Source: an uncultured Nitrososphaeraceae archaeon
GTDB lineage: Archaea > Thermoproteota > Nitrososphaeria > Nitrososphaerales > Nitrososphaeraceae
NCBI GenBank assembly: GCA_963825865.1
Contig: CAWGVG010000010.1
Location: forward strand, 1 to 64,000
Reading direction: 5' to 3'
DNA length: 64,000 nt
The stretch's first letter is position 1, and every line of letters starts with the position of its first letter. The notes under the pieces are model-generated. The model made no database searches, was not told the DNA's origin, and saw only the letters and a list, made by a program, of their open reading frames with translations. Position numbers and translations under genes: made by a program. Below are positions 46,695-58,094 of the stretch, piece after piece.

Positions 46695-47447
46695 TTAGAT
46701 TTGTGCCATACCCCCATCTACGAACAGTTCGATACCGGTGACATAACTGCTGTCATCCGACGCGAGGAATGAGACGACTTTCGCGATTTCGTCGGAGCTG
46801 CCCATACGCCCCATCGGCACGCTGGCCACAAGGCTCGTCTTTATCTGCTCAATCTGTTCCTTAGTCTGCGCCAAGCCATTGACGCCCGGAGTGTCGATCG
46901 GACCAGGGCTGATAGCGTTGACTCGGATCTTGCGGTGTTTCAGATCGACTGTCCAGGTGCGCGCGAACGACCGTATGGCGGCTTTGGTTGCGCTGTAAAC
47001 ACTTAACGCCTCGGCTCCTTTGGATGCAGCGATCGAAGCATTCAGAATGATCGAACCGCCGCCGTCCTGAAATAGCGGAAGCGCTTTTTGAACACTGAAC
47101 AGAAGCCCTTTCACATTAATGCCGAACGTTTTGTCAAAGTGAGCTTCGGTAATTGCTCCCAATGGAGCGAATTCTCCAATGCCGGCGTTGGCGAACAGAA
47201 TATCGATGCGCCCTTCTGCTCCTTCACCGTGGCATATAACCGATCAAGATCTGCGAGATTTGAGACGTCGCCCTGAACACCGGTGATTGTTTTTACCAAT
47301 CTGCTTGACTGCTGCATCGAGTTCGCTTTGGCGGCGACCTGTAATGAAAACATACGCGCCATCTGAGACGAACCGCTGTGCCGTGGCAAGGCCTATGCCG
47401 CTGCTTCCGCCTGTGATGACTGCGACTTTACCTTCAAACTTTTTCAT
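46695..47447 (-). CDS. SDR-family oxidoreductase, GC-rich (indels)
   Basis: [38 protein letters not shown] and VDGG. Confidence 0.93.
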
Positions 47448-48045
47448 GATTTTTTACTCTCGCGTTGATAAGATTTAAGTTTGATCTACGGTATTAATTA
47501 CACAAAAGTAATATTTTTTTAGAGTTCATCAATAATAGTATTATCTAACTGAGTTAGTATTTGAAACCTAAGTCGATAAGTTATAACTAACCACCGTCAG
47601 TTGGGCATTGAAGTACATGGCTATACATAACAATCATGGAATGAAGAAGTTGCAAAGAATGGCTAGCATTTCGCGCAAGCCAATAAAAAAGAAAGACTAG
47701 CTAAATTCTTTTTCTTTATTTTTGATTTTCTATTTCACCTTGTTGTAACATACTCCAATCTTACAAACGATGGCGTTCCACTCATTGCCGACTTGGGTGC
47801 TTTAATGTTAAAGACGCCGGATTGAAATGACTTTAGCTTTGCAGGGCTGATTGGTACCTGCTACAGTCCCTCTAACCGCTGCCTGTTTTTGCTCTCTAGA
47901 TCTTATTGTACAGATTTCGATCTCTGATTTTAATTTTAATTTAAACACCTATGCTGATTAACATTATTTATTGCCAAATATAATAGAAAGCTTCTAACGC
48001 AACCTATTCTTGTATACTAATGTCAGTGTGAAGTTCAAAGATCTG

Positions 48046-48395
48046 TCATAACGGGACTTCAACTGCTACATCAAATTTTGTATAATACCTTTTCACTTAG
48101 CCATATTTAGAGTTGAATTTCCTCACGATATCGTCAGCCCTACTACTGTCTGTTATTAGTTTACCTCTTGCAGGTATTTCTACGCTGTTTACAGAAATCT
48201 TCAATGTTGGATCGACTAGCACGTTCTTATACCAATTGGTGTCAGAGCCGTGATTTGGAAGGAGATACAGCGTGTTGCCTTATACGTAAACCAGACTGGC
48301 CGAGGGATATCTCTGCTTGATTTTCTACCTCTAACACTGAGTGTTATCTCGTATGCGCTATAGTGTAGTCTCTGGTGAAGATCGGCTTTGGACAT
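48046..48395 (-). pseudogene. Deazaflavin (F420)-dependent nitroreductase / split-barrel-like protein with an indel and an in-frame stop
   Basis: Manual translation MSKADLHQRL..EITLSVRGRKSSRDIPRPVWF..LYLLPNHGSDTNWYKNVLVDP...KYG*VKRYYTKFDVAVEVPL; missing from the ORF track. Confidence 0.65.
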
Positions 48396-49104
48396 GACAT
48401 TCTATGCTCCATATGTCAGATATGGGTTTCAAGTGTTGCACTCTATATCTGAATGCTGCTGTAAGCCAGTTTGCTATTACTATTGGAAAAGAACTATTCA
48501 ACATGCAACTTATTACAAACTTGCTAGTTATTTTTTAAGAATGGCGGAACTTGCCTTAGTTGACTATTTTGTTATGGTGAATAAAAAAGAGAGAAAACGA
48601 TACCGTACTATAAAGCATAAATTAATAATTCTGAACACAAATTCATAATTTACAGAGTGCCAGATCCTACTGTACGTGGAGGATTTGCTATGAAATTAGA
48701 GACATATGTAGACGAAACAGGCAGTGGCAAGAGCTTTAAGAAAGTGTTAGAAACATTAGACAATGGCGAATGGGGGCCCACTAAATCCGGTAATTCTGCA
48801 TGTGATAGTAGTGAATACGTAATGTTGAATATGGAGCGTGTAGTGATTGCCATAAGAGTAGACATTATGAAATCATTCAAGTGGAAAGATTTGAGTATAC
48901 GCTCAATTGACCCATCAAAAAAGCTTATTTGAGTTTGTAAAAACTATGGGCGTTAGTTCTAGATTTTTCTATTGCTAACCTGAACGTATGGTATTCTATT
49001 CTAGGTGTTTATGGACCTGCACTTAGTATACCGCAATGTGAAAATGCAATAGACCAACTAGCTAAAAAGACGATCCCATCCGCAATTTCCTTAGCCTGAT
49101 AAAG

Positions 49105-49310
49105 TTACATTTATTCACAAGTGTTATTGTGGTAGATGATGTCATAAAGTTTGTATCTGACAAATCATCATCTACTGACCCCAAATTAGAAAAAGAAAAA
49201 CATAAAGTTGATGACGTTGTTACTGTAAACAGGAAACATAATAACAATGGCATTCAAAGATCTGAAGAAGAGGATAAGCAGGTCCAATCAACAACAAACA
49301 CAGTCTTTGG
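49105..49310 (+). pseudogene. C-terminal relic of the same multicopy HTH family as 46300-46650
   Basis: LHLFTSVIVVDDVIKFVS...charged linker...TTNTVF. Confidence 0.5.
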
Positions 49311-50076
49311 ACAAATTACAGAACTAACCATTCTGGATCTGGAATATAGAAGAGCATAAGATGGAAGATGTCCGGACAAAAGGAGAGTGCTGTTTTAATC
49401 ACATAATCGGCTTACCAACAAAAGAGGGATTAGAAAAACCAATTTTCGACTATTAGGAATTGTTGTATGAGGTTTTGCTTTCGCCAGCCTCCAGTTGTTG
49501 GATAGTCTTTATGATTAGTTGTATGCAGTTCTCAGTACAATGTTTGTTATGATCGGCAGTGTCTAAGTAGGGTCTAGAGGTCTTAGAATATAAGGAGAAC
49601 ATGGAAGAAATAGTAGATTACGCCATGAACATATCTTCATTTAAAATATAAAAATACCACTGCATTTTTTTACTGCAATCGAACGTTCTATCGTCAAAGA
49701 TATTTTGATATGTATACGCATTTTCTATCATATCTCTTTCTCTTTTAAATGGCATGATGCCAACATCATCATAACAGTTGGCCAACTAGTGATAGAGTTA
49801 GTCAACCAGCTAAATAATGCTACTAATGTTTCCCGTAGGTTTCTATAATGCATAGAGAATGTTTACAAAAAATAAAATGACTTTATCTAATATATATACT
49901 CCTTTTACTTGTCTTGGCAATGAAGTATTGATTCCGATGTTAGGAAAGGCTATTTACAACATAGAAATCAAATATCAAAGTACTTGGATAAAGATATTTT
50001 TGGAATTATAATTATGATGTCATTTAAAATAGTGTGAATATGCATAATAACTATTTTAACAAATGATGGACGCAAA

Positions 50077-51742
50077 TTGTCTGGCAATACAACAAGCTTC
50101 GATGGCTATGGCAATCAATCAAAACCACGTACCAGGTTTGGCGAGAATACATTTGGTAATTGTATAACATTTACCATTGATGGACAAGAAAATTTTAGAT
50201 TAATGTATGAAAAGATGCTACAAGCAAAAAACTCTATATATATAGCAAACTATGATCTGGACCCCGAATTGCGTCTTATAAGAGGAAAAGGGGATCCACA
50301 GTCGTTTCAGATGTCAGATTTTATTGTTTCACCTTGTCTGTCAGAATCAGATAATGGAAACGATAAGAAAAAAAATACACATAATGGCGAATATTATACT
50401 CTACAAAACCTTTTGATTGAAAAGGCAAAACAAAAAGTAGATATCAAAATCATTGTATGGGAACCAAGACTTATTGTCAGATCATTTCCACTCGCCAAAA
50501 AACGAGGATTAGAAGGAAGGGCTAAAAAAGTTGAATCTATGAGAGAACTTGCAAAGCATTATGGAATTGAAGACCATATAACAATACGACTTGATAGTAA
50601 AGCACCTACTCTTACCTCTGGTTTTCATGAAAAAATTGCCATAATAGACAATAAAATAGGGTTTTGTGGTGGACAAGATTTATCACAAGATAAATGGGAT
50701 ACAAGCGATCATGATTTTGATAACTCATTAAGAGACCAAGACGGAGAGCCTTGGCATGATGTTAATGCAATGATTAAGGGCCCAATAATATGGGATTTAA
50801 TTTTCCATTTTAATCAGAGGTGGATTTATTCTCTTACAAAAGATATCAAACAGGTTAAAAAAGCAAAAATTAATTCATCAGGCTCCTTCCTTTCATCGTC
50901 TCTGTCTTCATCAGGCAGCATTAGCACCTTTTACTAATCGTGACAATGAAGGAAATATAGAGATTTCTGCATTACGGACTTGGAAGCAGTTAAAGGGAAA
51001 TATTGGAGACAAGGATGATAATGAAGATGATGGTGATAGTAGTAGCAGTAGCAGCGTACGAGCATGGTATGATACTATGTTTAGAAAAGCAAAACATAGC
51101 ATATACATAGAGGATCAATTTCTCTTTCAAGATAAAATTATAACCCAGATTCTTGTCAAAAGGCTTGAAGAAGAACAGGATCTGAAAGTTATAACAGTAG
51201 GCCCAATGGAACCAAATCTTCCAGGCTTTTTCTTTAGTATCTTATCAAAAGAAAGCATCAATGATATAAACAACAATTTGGCTGCTTTACGAAAAGCAGG
51301 GAAAAACCGAGTTAGAACATATTGTTTGATATCGCAACATAGTGCAATCAAACAAAAAAGAAAACAGATCTATGTTCATTCAAAAATCATGATAACTGAT
51401 GATAGGTGGATTATAATTGGTTCTGCAAATACAGATAGAGACGGTTTTAATGATTCGACAGAATTCGATTTAGGAATAACATCCGAAACACTTGCGCAGC
51501 AGCTTAGAGCAAAGTTATGGCGTGAACATTTGAAAGAATACATCTCTTCTAATAATAATATCAATCTGAAGGATTTTAATAAAGGATTTGAAGCTTGGGA
51601 TAAAGTAGCAAATGATAATGGAAAAAGAGTTCAAAAAGGTGAATCTATACAGGGACACATCTATTACTATAATTTTGAAGAAATGAATTTTCCCCCTCCT
51701 TATACAGATGCAAAAGGAGGTAACAAATTTCGATTTTTTTAA
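50077..51742 (+). CDS. Phospholipase D superfamily protein with two HKD motifs (indel near 50930)
   Basis: FHEKIAIIDNKIGFCGGQD, PWHD, IYIEDQF and YVHSKIMITDDRWIIIGSAN. Confidence 0.9.
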
Positions 51743-52439
51743 GTATTAAAATAATTTCTTATGCGCCCTTCTGAAGGGCTTTTCTTTCGTTAATTGCTCT
51801 CCCATTAATGATGCTAAATAGCGAGTTTGTTTGTTTTTTTATGAAATGGGTCGGCGTCAATGTATACCATATCTGACTATATATGATAGAATTTTAAAAT
51901 ATTTCTGTAATAAATCTCCAAAAAACAAGGCTAAGAAGAATATTCAAGAAAAATTGATAAGAAAATATTGCATGTTACAAGCCATTTCCGCACTTTATTA
52001 CAAACTTTTATAAAATCAAAAAATATTAGATAGTGTATAAAGACAAAACTAGAGAAATTTCTTTCATAAAAAAACATTGTAAGTACCAATTAAAACCAAT
52101 TGAGGTCAAAAAAGTTCGCTCTTTAGGGCATTTTATGCTCAGCCTTAAAAAGAATCCGGATTTACCTTGCGTGATAAGTGATAAATGTCTAACAAAAAAA
52201 GGAAAGAACTTATTTCAATTGGTTTCAGAGTTAACGAAGTTCACAATTATTACAAGCTAATGCATCTCTTCTGTAATTTCTATAGACTTTTGTTTGCTAA
52301 TATCTATGCAAACTTCTCTCATTACTTGTATTACACGTGGGTTAATTTCTCCTGCTGCTGGCCTTATTCCTCTGAACTAGCAGTAACTATCCCACTAGAT
52401 ATATGTGTGTGTGCATATATCTGATAATTAGATCTGACT

Positions 52440-52838
52440 TTGTTCTTTGATGGAATATCTGAAGCATTGTTTGACGAGATACCAAAGCCACCATTGGCCA
52501 GATCCAGAGTATTGTTAGATATTGAACGATTCGACATTGGACAGAGTTATGTTACAGCTAAAGTACAAAATAGATATGGCGACAAGGTCACTATCAACAT
52601 ACAGGGTGGACTTCCCGGAATAGAACTACAAGAAAGCCTTTTCAAAATTAAAGATCTTGAAAAAGGAGATCGTCTAAGTTACGCTTATTTATTAACAAAA
52701 CTGATACAAACTGATAAGATACTTGTAAGAAAGCTGCCTGTTATTGGTATTAGGGATTGGTTATTAATTTATGAGGATACGTTAGTTGAACTTTCAGTAA
52801 AAGATGCTTATGATGAATTAGAAATCATTGTAGTTTAA
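52440..52838 (+). CDS. Hypothetical protein
   Basis: 132-aa ORF with normal globular composition; no family recognised. Confidence 0.55.
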   Translation: MFFDGISEALFDEIPKPPLARSRVLLDIERFDIGQSYVTAKVQNRYGDKVTINIQGGLPGIELQESLFKIKDLEKGDRLSYAYLLTKLIQTDKILVRKLPVIGIRDWLLIYEDTLVELSVKDAYDELEIIVV

Positions 52839-53127
52839 AGAATTCTTTAGTATGGCATCGAATTAAACACAAAGATATAGAGAAATTTCGAACTCTGCTT
52901 ATCCTGCAGATAAGAACCAAGACTAAGTCTTGTGCATATATCATAACGATTAAAGGAAATTGGTGAAACTGAAAAACCTTCCCCTTCAAGAAATACTAAA
53001 TTTATAATTGAAAAATATTATTCTATTTGAATATGGATTTAAAACTGGTTGCCTAGTCATCATAAAGGCAAAAAGCCATCCCTGTACATAAACAGACACT
53101 AAATACCCTTTGGATAACGTTTTTAGT

Positions 53128-53150
53128 TATATATATATATATATATATAT
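53128..53150. repeat. (TA)n microsatellite
   Basis: Uninterrupted TA dinucleotide run. Confidence 0.9.
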
Positions 53151-53959
53151 TTTATATGATAGACTGATATTTTATAATGATTTTTTTTGAACATAAGATA
53201 TCTTTTATAATTTAAAAAAATAAAAATGTGTTAGGAGTTTAATTTGTCTCCTTTAGTATAGTACCAATAGCCTAATCATCCCTTGTTGAATCATAGACAT
53301 TTGTGTCTACAATCTATGAACACAACTGTTGAATTCGGACCGCCTGGACACTTATATACTGGCCCTTCACGGCTGCCTGCCTAGGTGTCATCATGAGTGA
53401 TCCTTGAATTAAATCAAATAGTATATATCTACATAACAAACAAAATCAATTCTGTTCTTAGTCTATTATCATAAGAAAGGCCGTAGCCTGATAATATTTG
53501 TCAGAGGAAACTAATTCCATTTGAATGTAGTATTGTAGTGTTTTACCATTATTGCTTTTCTTGAATATGTTTTTGCCAAGGCTCTTTTGTAATAAGACTA
53601 CCTTCTTTGTTTTCTGCTCTCCGTATTCTATTGACATCTAAGTCCAGCTACGCCAAAGTCATTGTAAATAACATTAATTTGAATGTGATACAATACTCTT
53701 GAGAACTATTTCACTAGGTTATGCATGTTACATCATCATCCAAAAACTTTAGCAGACTTTTTTTGACGACATCATCCAATGCTTGCTTGGGCTCATCCAT
53801 AATAAACATCTTTAAGTGCACTGTATTACATTATCATCTATCTGAAGATATTCTGCTATTCTCGGTCTAAATCTGCCTCTGAACCATAGAAATGAGTTGA
53901 CTATAATATAGCATAGATTGATTCAATATCCATGAAAAAGGACAAAACCTTGTTTTTTA

Positions 53960-54187
53960 CTAGTATGCGTGATATTCTTGTTTATGCCGCCTTAATTCTT
54001 TTAATGCCATAAACAGACTATCACATTTTTCGCATTTCCAATGGTTTATGCTTGGCTGCTCATACCTACCAGCAGAGGTTTCTTTAGTTTTTTTATAAAA
54101 TCCAGTTTTATCGTTATAGCTAATATAATTATAGTTGAGTTTGTACTTGTTAAAACCTCTATGCTCAACTTGTGACAGTCCTTTCAT
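53960..54187 (-). CDS. Small C2H2 zinc-finger protein
   Basis: WKCEKCDSLF..LKELRRHKQEYHAY. Confidence 0.7.
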   Translation of the reverse strand: MKGLSQVEHRGFNKYKLNYNYISYNDKTGFYKKTKETSAGRYEQPSINHWKCEKCDSLFMALKELRRHKQEYHAY

Positions 54188-54411
54188 TTTTGCATCTTAT
54201 CCCTATAGCAGGTTTTATAATCATGAATGAAGGCTTGTTTTAGATCATCAGTAAGATCTTCAAGTTCTTGACTATTTTTTGATTCGCTTTTATTACTACT
54301 ACCACTTGTTTTAATTCCAAGCGAATCCAGTTCATTTATCCACCAACTGCCATTTTCAGACTGCTCATTACCATTGACGGTAGCGCCGGTAAGCTTTTTG
54401 TTTTTTATCAT
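54184..54411 (-). CDS. Hypothetical protein whose stop overlaps the next start (ATGA)
   Basis: 75-aa ORF, apparently translationally coupled to the zinc-finger gene. Confidence 0.5.
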   Translation of the reverse strand: MIKNKKLTGATVNGNEQSENGSWWINELDSLGIKTSGSSNKSESKNSQELEDLTDDLKQAFIHDYKTCYRDKMQK

Positions 54412-54425
54412 TTTTTCTCACTCGT

Positions 54426-54740
54426 TTAAATTAAAAAAATTATGGAGATGTAGATTGTCCTGCTGCCTTGAGCCTGACTACTGCGCTGGCTACAGATCAC
54501 TGCCATACATCCTTGATCACCCCTTTGTGTCTGACTGTTGGTTTGAGTAAAACTACTAGATGATCCAGGATGCAGTTTTTGTGTATCACGAGTTGCATCT
54601 GTTTGTCCTCGGCTGCATCCACTTTTGGCGAATGCTTGTCGTGTAATCGTTGTTGTTACTCTCATTAAGCTAGCTGGTACTACAAGTAACATCAATATTA
54701 CCAATTGTTTTGTTGTTGTAATTTTCATTTTACATCCCAT
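54426..54740 (-). CDS. Small secreted Gln/Ser/Cys-rich protein, possibly degraded
   Basis: Signal peptide ending in QAFA, followed by SFTQTNSQTQ..GC..VICSQRSSQAQ. Confidence 0.5.
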   Translation of the reverse strand: MGCKMKITTTKQLVILMLLVVPASLMRVTTTITRQAFAKSGCSRGQTDATRDTQKLHPGSSSSFTQTNSQTQRGDQGCMAVICSQRSSQAQGSRTIYISIIFLI

Positions 54741-55323
54741 TTTTCCTTTATTATCTAACTTATCTAACTAATAGAGATATACACTCTATCTAGATCCATT
54801 CTACACGGTACCAAATTTTAGAGCCTAAACAAAAATCATGTCAGTGGCTAAACTATGAAGTTATTAAAGATTCCACCATTAAGGAATTATGCGTGTGTGT
54901 GTGTGTACGTGCTGCGGCGTGACCTTCTTGCTCTCTCTATATGTGTTATGTATATCGCGTTATACATAGGCATTCTGAAACAACAAACTGACTGTTGACT
55001 CTATATAATAAACGATATAGGTTAGTTTTGTTCTTGTTTTTGAAGTATTTTATGAAAGAAATATTAAATTATATTTGTCTTCATTTGATTTTTTACCCCT
55101 GGTAAAAAGATGCTGTTGTGTTTGTAGTTGTTAACTACTCTATCATTTTATGCATAGTTGTATATGTATATTTATAAATTAATATAATGTGTTATTAATT
55201 ATTGGTGACATTAATCAATTGAAGACTTTATAGAACCTTGTATTTACAAGTTAGTTATCAAGAATATTTACTATCAATAGATAAATGAATAATTTCACCT
55301 ATAATTATTGATATTCGTAATAA

Positions 55324-55392
55324 TTATACTAGATAAGTCAGCATAAACTTCCTTAAGTCAAATATATAGATGACATTGTAATGCTTGTGACA
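55324..55392 (+). promoter_or_regulatory. Conserved promoter cassette, copy 1 (orphan, no downstream ORF)
   Basis: TTATACTAGATAAGTCAGCA..AACTTCCTTAAGTCAAATATATAGATGACATTGTAATGCTTGTGAC matches the copies at 60263, 62051 and 62898. Confidence 0.75.
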
Positions 55393-55563
55393 CTTGTTAT
55401 AATTCCTTCCTGACTTGAGCACGATTTACTAGCAAAGGATAAAATGAATATGATACATCAGGGTTGATAAAAAAATTATAGTAGTAGATACGAAAATTTC
55501 TTACTATCATCTGTCTTTATTATTGCCATCGCGATAATTTTTTATGTTTTTCAAAATCAGATA

Positions 55564-55905
55564 TTATATGGGAAATTTGAGTGTGGACTTCTCGATTTTT
55601 ATGATAGGAACGTATAACGATTGGGTGTCGGTACCGATACTATCGACAAAACTGAATTCGCCACTCAGTCGCTTTAACTCAATGAATTTCTTGCTTGGTT
55701 TTTCATTCTGTACAATGTAATTGATGATAATGCCTCCGCCTGCTCCAGTCAGGATGAATAGGATCTGTTGATTATTGTAGTTGATATAGTACAGCATTGG
55801 AGTTAAGCCCAGTGCCGATTGAGCAGAGTATACTATCACTTTGAGCAGGTCTTCTAAGGTTTCATACTTTAGGTAGGTTGTAAACCTCCCTTCGCTTTGT
55901 GACAT
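55564..55905 (-). CDS. Conserved archaeal hypothetical protein
   Basis: Intact 113-aa ORF with a TATA-like element upstream; LEDLLK..PMLYYI..GEFSFVD..VPIIKI. Confidence 0.7.
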   Translation of the reverse strand: MSQSEGRFTTYLKYETLEDLLKVIVYSAQSALGLTPMLYYINYNNQQILFILTGAGGGIIINYIVQNEKPSKKFIELKRLSGEFSFVDSIGTDTQSLYVPIIKIEKSTLKFPI

Positions 55906-56041
55906 ATGGAATTGTCAGGATATATCTATATCAATATAATCTTAGTGTTGTCCACTTTTTAGCTAATAATTCGGCATTGGATACAGTAAGTTAGTATATC
56001 AACATATAAAGCAACTGATATCGATTAAATTATCTTTTAAA

Positions 56042-56415
56042 CCTCGCGGGGTAGATATTAACAGAAATTATGATTTTCTTTGGGATAGTGGCATTGGTAC
56101 TAGTATATTCATAAAAAAGATTTAGAATGGTATCAATCTACAGGTAAAAGAATTAGAAATGCTATAGCATCAGTACGTGGAAGAGTCTATGAAGCAGAGC
56201 CAGGTATGGGTCTTTATCCTACATCTGGAACATGCGATGATTTTGTGTATACTCTAAGATATAATGGTGCTAATAGAAACATAAATGGATTTACCATAGA
56301 AGAAGGTACTAGGTTCCAGCCGGATTATTCAGAAGCAACAAATATTATGTCCGAATTATCTGCAGGTCTGGTTGAAAGCTGCTTGGTACATGTACTGGAT
56401 GATACTACGCCATAA
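56042..56415 (+). pseudogene. Internally deleted relic of an M14 zinc carboxypeptidase
   Basis: RGVDINRNYDFLW (the M14 NRN motif) is joined almost directly to GLYPTSGTCDD..GFTIE.G..FQP. Confidence 0.7.
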
Positions 56416-56502
56416 ATTATTCTAAATCGGCTTTGTAAAAGAAGCTGGTTTAGAGATCATTTACAAGGAAATAGCTAAAAAAGCATGCTCTGATATGATT
56501 CA

Positions 56503-57612
56503 CTCATCCTTTAGGCCTATCTTTTTTTACCACTCCTATGGCATCCTTTAGCATTTCCTCATAAATCGACATTGCCGCGAGTGTTCCACTTGCTGCCTGC
56601 CAATACAATATAATGCCTATCTGTATCTATATCACCAGCAGCATACACATTGGGTACTGTTGTTTGCTGGGTTGCATTTACCTTAACATAACCTTCATCA
56701 AGTTCACACCCAAGTTGTTCTGCAATTTTATTTTGAATTTTATGCTCTAGGTGGTAAAATATGACATCTGCATCAAAAGTTCTTTTACTCTTAGAAATGA
56801 CTCCTTTGATAAGTCCTTTTCCGTTGCCAATAATTTCTGTCACATCATCATTTTCAATTACCTCAATACCCAAGGTGTTGACTTCAGTCCTTTCCTTATC
56901 TGTCAACTCTCCTGGTATAAAGAGTTGGATATTTTTGGTCCACCCCAAGAATTCTTTTGCATAGCGTATGGCCTCTTCATTCTTTCCCGGATGTAATTAT
57001 TGCCAGTTTCTTGTTAATAGTTTGAAAGCCATCGCAATGAGGGCAATGCCATGCTCCGTCTCCATCAAACCTTTCAAAATTTTTTATATTGGGTTTAACA
57101 TCCTCTATTCCAGTTGCGATTATAATGTACTTTGCTTTGACTGGTGTTCTTCTGGCTCCTCCTCCTCCTCCATCTCCTGCTGTCCTCAATAAAAAAAGTT
57201 GATCACTTCTCTCAACTGTTTCAACTCTTTCCTTTACCAACTTAATTGAATCATATTGACGCACGTCATTCCAAGCCTTTTGAATGAATTCTTTTGGTGA
57301 AGTATTTTCAAATCCTAGATATCCATGGACTTGTTTGGTCGTAGAGTTTCTTGTTTTTCCCGCGTCAAAAATTACAGTGGGACGAAGATACCTACCAAGC
57401 AACAATGCTGCAGATAAGCCCGCAAATCCTGCTCCCACAATTGCCACATCAAAAATGTTATTTTGATTGTCTTCATTCTCTTTTCTTTTTTCATCTATTA
57501 TGTTATTATTATTAATATGATTTGTTTTTATTACATTACTTGTAGTAATAGATGAATCTTTTTTTCCTTCCATATTTAAGATTACGCTATAAATGATTAT
57601 GCAATATGACAT
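56503..57612 (-). CDS. Thioredoxin-reductase-like NAD(P)/FAD oxidoreductase (indels)
   Basis: DVAIVGAGFAGLSAA, IIATG, HCPHCDG and TTVPNVYAAGD. Confidence 0.88.
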
Positions 57613-58094
57613 ATAATAGATCAGAGAAAGAATGTGTGCGTGTCTGTTAGGTAGCTTTAATTAGAAAAAATTTAAGATTATAGTCATCATATTATTATAT
57701 TAGAAGTCACCACCTTGTTATAGAATAGTATTATTTATTTAGCATAAATATTAATGAATACAATATGTTTATAGCTTAGCTTGTTTTATTGATAGCAAAT
57801 GTTAACAACAGCTAACGTTAGTCACCATCTTGAAAAATATATCAAAACCATTAATACGATGAATAAAGCTACTGCTAAAGTATATAATTTTAGACGCACA
57901 TCAACACCTTATGATTTGTAAAGAGCACTGTTTATAGATACACAATTTTAACAGACATTCTAGCATATACGCTTAATGTTAAGGCTAAGATAATGACATC
58001 ATGATGATGATGATGATGATGATGATGCTTTTTTAGCACTTTGCGAAACATTTAACCTACTGTTTTTATTCGTATTCTTTAATAGCGCTACTAC

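Noticed and set aside
51831-52424. Three short ORFs after the phospholipase D gene
   Set aside because: AT-rich and overlapping in different frames, with no motifs; not supportable as genes.
57995-58030. (GAT)n run containing ATGATGA, resembling a C box
   Set aside because: It is a simple triplet repeat with no matching CTGA D boxes at guide distance.
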